A DNA stretch of 64,000 bases, taken from the NCBI GenBank assembly GCA_050950765.1, contig JBMNIF010000003.1, positions 160,001-224,000 on the forward strand. Direction: 5' to 3'. Shown piece by piece: positions 61,767 through 64,000 of the stretch. The notes beneath the pieces are model-generated. The model was not told the origin of the DNA, made no database searches, and was given only the letters and a program-made list of their open reading frames with translations. The stretch comes from Bdellovibrionota bacterium. GTDB lineage: Bacteria > Bdellovibrionota_C > UBA2361 > JAAYZI01. How positions within the stretch are numbered: the first letter of the stretch is position 1; each line of letters opens with the position of its first letter. The position numbers and the translations under genes were made by a program.

Positions 61767-62125
61767 GCCCCAAAATAAGCAAAATAAGAAAAAATCCCTC
61801 TAAAACAAGAATCATCACTCTCGAAACGGCACTATATAGCAACCCCCCTTTAAAATAAAGCAAATACCCGAAATTGCTGTTTTTAACACTCTATTTTCTT
61901 TGATATTTTCAGCTTTTAAAGAAGATCCCTTCCCTTTTGTTATAATTTAATAAGAAAAGAACCTTTTTAAAAAAATAATTCCCCAAGAATCCTAAAGAAG
62001 TGGATATAACGTACCGTTATTAAAAGTATTGCTGATAAATAATGCTTAATCCTTTTTATTATTTTTAACAAGGGGGCTTTCCCTTAGAAAAATAAAGAAA
62101 AGTTTCTTGAACAGAGGTATGTATC

Positions 62126-62338
62126 ATGGAAGTAATCCTTGGGAAAACAGACATCCCTAATGAAGCAGAGATCGAACGCGAGCTTGAGAAACGCCCTCGC
62201 AGTGCCACTCTCCTTAGCTTGAAATGGCTAGCTGAACGACTAAAGAAAACTAGAACAATTAAACGTGACTTAGAAAATGGTAGTTATAAAGTGGATAGCG
62301 AAAAATTAGCAAAATCCATTCTTAACGAAGAGGATTAA
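62126..62338 (+). CDS. Second FlgM-like small protein
   Basis: IKRDLENGSYKVDSEKLAKSIL matches the FlgM C-terminal pattern; GAGG ribosome-binding site. Confidence 0.65.
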   Translation: MEVILGKTDIPNEAEIERELEKRPRSATLLSLKWLAERLKKTRTIKRDLENGSYKVDSEKLAKSILNEED

Positions 62339-62344
62339 GATTAT

Positions 62345-63330
62345 TGCCCCACCCCAGACATGTTTTTAAAAGATCAACGGCTTTCAATTAGGACACCCAC
62401 TTTTAGCTGGTGGGTGGCACCAGTTTTTTAACCCCCATAACAGAACCCGTCTTACTGGTGGGTGCACCAGATTTTTCCCAGCCTAAACCAAACTGACCTG
62501 CCCAAATTGAAGGGTGGCACCAAATTCCCCAAGCCCTAAGCTTTTGCCAACATCCAGATATTATTAACTATTGCAAATTTTGAGTTTGAAAATTCTTGAA
62601 GGGTGGCACCAATTTTTTAACCCCCATAGCAGAACCCGTCTTACTGGTGGGTGCACCAGATTTTTCCCAGCCTAAACCAAACTGACCTGCCCAAATTGAA
62701 GGGTGGCACCAGATCCAAGCCACCCTAGACTTAAAAGATCAATGGCTTCCAATTAGGACACCCACTTTTAGCTGGTGGGTGGCACCAGTTTTTTAACTCC
62801 CGTAGGGATCTAGCTAATCCCACTTTGCAGTCGCAGCCCGTTCAATCATCCCTGAAGGGTGGCACTAGATCTAAGCCCAGCCAAATCTGCCAGATCCCGT
62901 CTTACTGATGGGTGGCACCAAATTCCCCAAGCCCTAAGCTTTTGCCAACATCCAGATATTATTAACTATTGCAAATTTTAAGTTTGAAAATTCTTGAAGG
63001 GTGGCACCAGTTTTTTACCCAACTGACCTAGCCAAATTGAAGGGTGGCACCAGTTTCTTAACCCCCGTAGCAGATCCCGTCTTACTGGTGGGTGGCACCA
63101 AATTCATCCAGTCGCCTAAGCCGTCAAAACGGCAAAAAGAAGGGTGGCACCAAATTCCCCAAGCCCTAAGCTTTTGCCAACATCCAGATATTATTAACTA
63201 TTGCAAATTTTGAGTTTGAAAATTCCTGAAGGGTGGCACCAGTTTTTTAACCTCCGTAGAGATCCAGCTAATCCCGCTTTGCAGTCGCAGCCCGTTCAAT
63301 CATCCCTGAAGGGTGGCACCAAATTCATCA
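62345..63330 (-). repeat. GGTGCCACCC mosaic array 9 (about 12 intact cores plus variants, all -)
   Basis: GGGTGGCACC from 62412 to 63311; AT-rich module present three times; variant cores GGGTGCACC and GGGTGGCACT. Confidence 0.95.
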
Positions 63331-63391
63331 ACCCAGCAGCTAAGTCTGGCAGAATCAGCCAGATCTCCCTAAAAGATCAACAGCTGCACTA

Positions 63392-64000
63392 TCAGGAAAG
63401 TCTGCGTAACGTTTCAGAGCCAGAATGTGTCCTTAACTCTACAACAAAACGTGTGCCATTCGGATAATTATCGAAAACCTTTATCTCGGCATGGTGTTCA
63501 GCAAGAATAGAAGCCACTATTGCCAAACCTAACCCCGTACCCTTCTCCTTTGTCGTGACGTACGGTTCGAAGATCTTACTTCTCTGGCTTTTCGGAATTC
63601 CTGGTCCATTATCAGCCACTTCAAGAGTAACGATATCACGCTCAATATTATACCCTGTTTTAACAACCAACCTTGGACAGCCACGTTTCATAGTAGCCTC
63701 GTCAGCCGAACAAGCTGATAGCCCGTTGTCTAAAAGATTAATCAAAACTCGCCTAATCTGCTCCCGATCTAACGGAATCTGCGGGATCGTATTATCTGCT
63801 ATAAATTGGAAAATAGCTTCAGGATGTTGATCTACAAAACCATTTAGAACATCAGAGATTAAAGTATTCAGATTAATCTCCTCCATCTCCACAGGCGGCA
63901 TCCTAGCAAATTTAGCAAACTCATCCGTTAACCTTTTAATAGATCCAACATGTTCAAGGATAGTTTGCGTGGACTCCATTACAGAAGCTTCAAACTCTCC
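63392..64000 (-). CDS. NtrY-like sensor histidine kinase, C-terminal part (start outside the window)
   Basis: EFAKFARMP, QIRRVLINLLDN, DNGPGI, IFEPYVTTK and GTGLGL motifs. Confidence 0.9.
   Translation of the reverse strand, partial: GEFEASVMESTQTILEHVGSIKRLTDEFAKFARMPPVEMEEINLNTLISDVLNGFVDQHPEAIFQFIADNTIPQIPLDREQIRRVLINLLDNGLSACSADEATMKRGCPRLVVKTGYNIERDIVTLEVADNGPGIPKSQRSKIFEPYVTTKEKGTGLGLAIVASILAEHHAEIKVFDNYPNGTRFVVELRTHSGSETLRRLS

Noticed and set aside
61992..62021. Sigma-28 promoters upstream of the FlgM-like genes (also near 49889)
   Set aside because: TAAAG is present but the -10 matches (ACCGTTAT, GACGACAT) are weak and the spacing is one base long

Overview
Bacterial chromosomal window, AT-rich, with a gene set resembling diderm delta-proteobacteria or Bdellovibrionota (inferred from protein types only). 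Backbone: an aryl-polyene-like type II FAS/PKS block, TviB/TviC-like nucleotide-sugar enzymes, a lipid A acyltransferase, tRNA-Glu, TadE/TadE/TadG genes, ftsEX-envC-ctpA, metH, mltG, an FKBP isomerase, a D,D-carboxypeptidase, IscA, SufE, ResB/CcsA and two FlgM-like genes. Mobile DNA: two apparently identical 1828-bp IS1634-family copies, a second IS1634-type element, a transposase remnant, and a ~4.4-kb accessory segment between diverged ~95-bp direct repeats. The most striking feature is a HUH/Y1 REP-associated tyrosine transposase (RAYT-like, 50795-51763) flanked on both sides by a short near-palindromic repeat, GGTGCCACCC. About 65 copies (hand count) sit in nine intergenic mosaic arrays of mostly tandem copies joined by reusable spacer modules, one of which carries an IHF consensus site. 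Some arrays lie next to duplicated pieces of host genes. Also notable: a fourfold in-frame duplication of the RxxxGY AdoMet-binding segment of MetH, three apparent pseudo-enzymes, and several single-base frameshifts that may be assembly errors. All calls come from reading motifs by eye; no searches were run.
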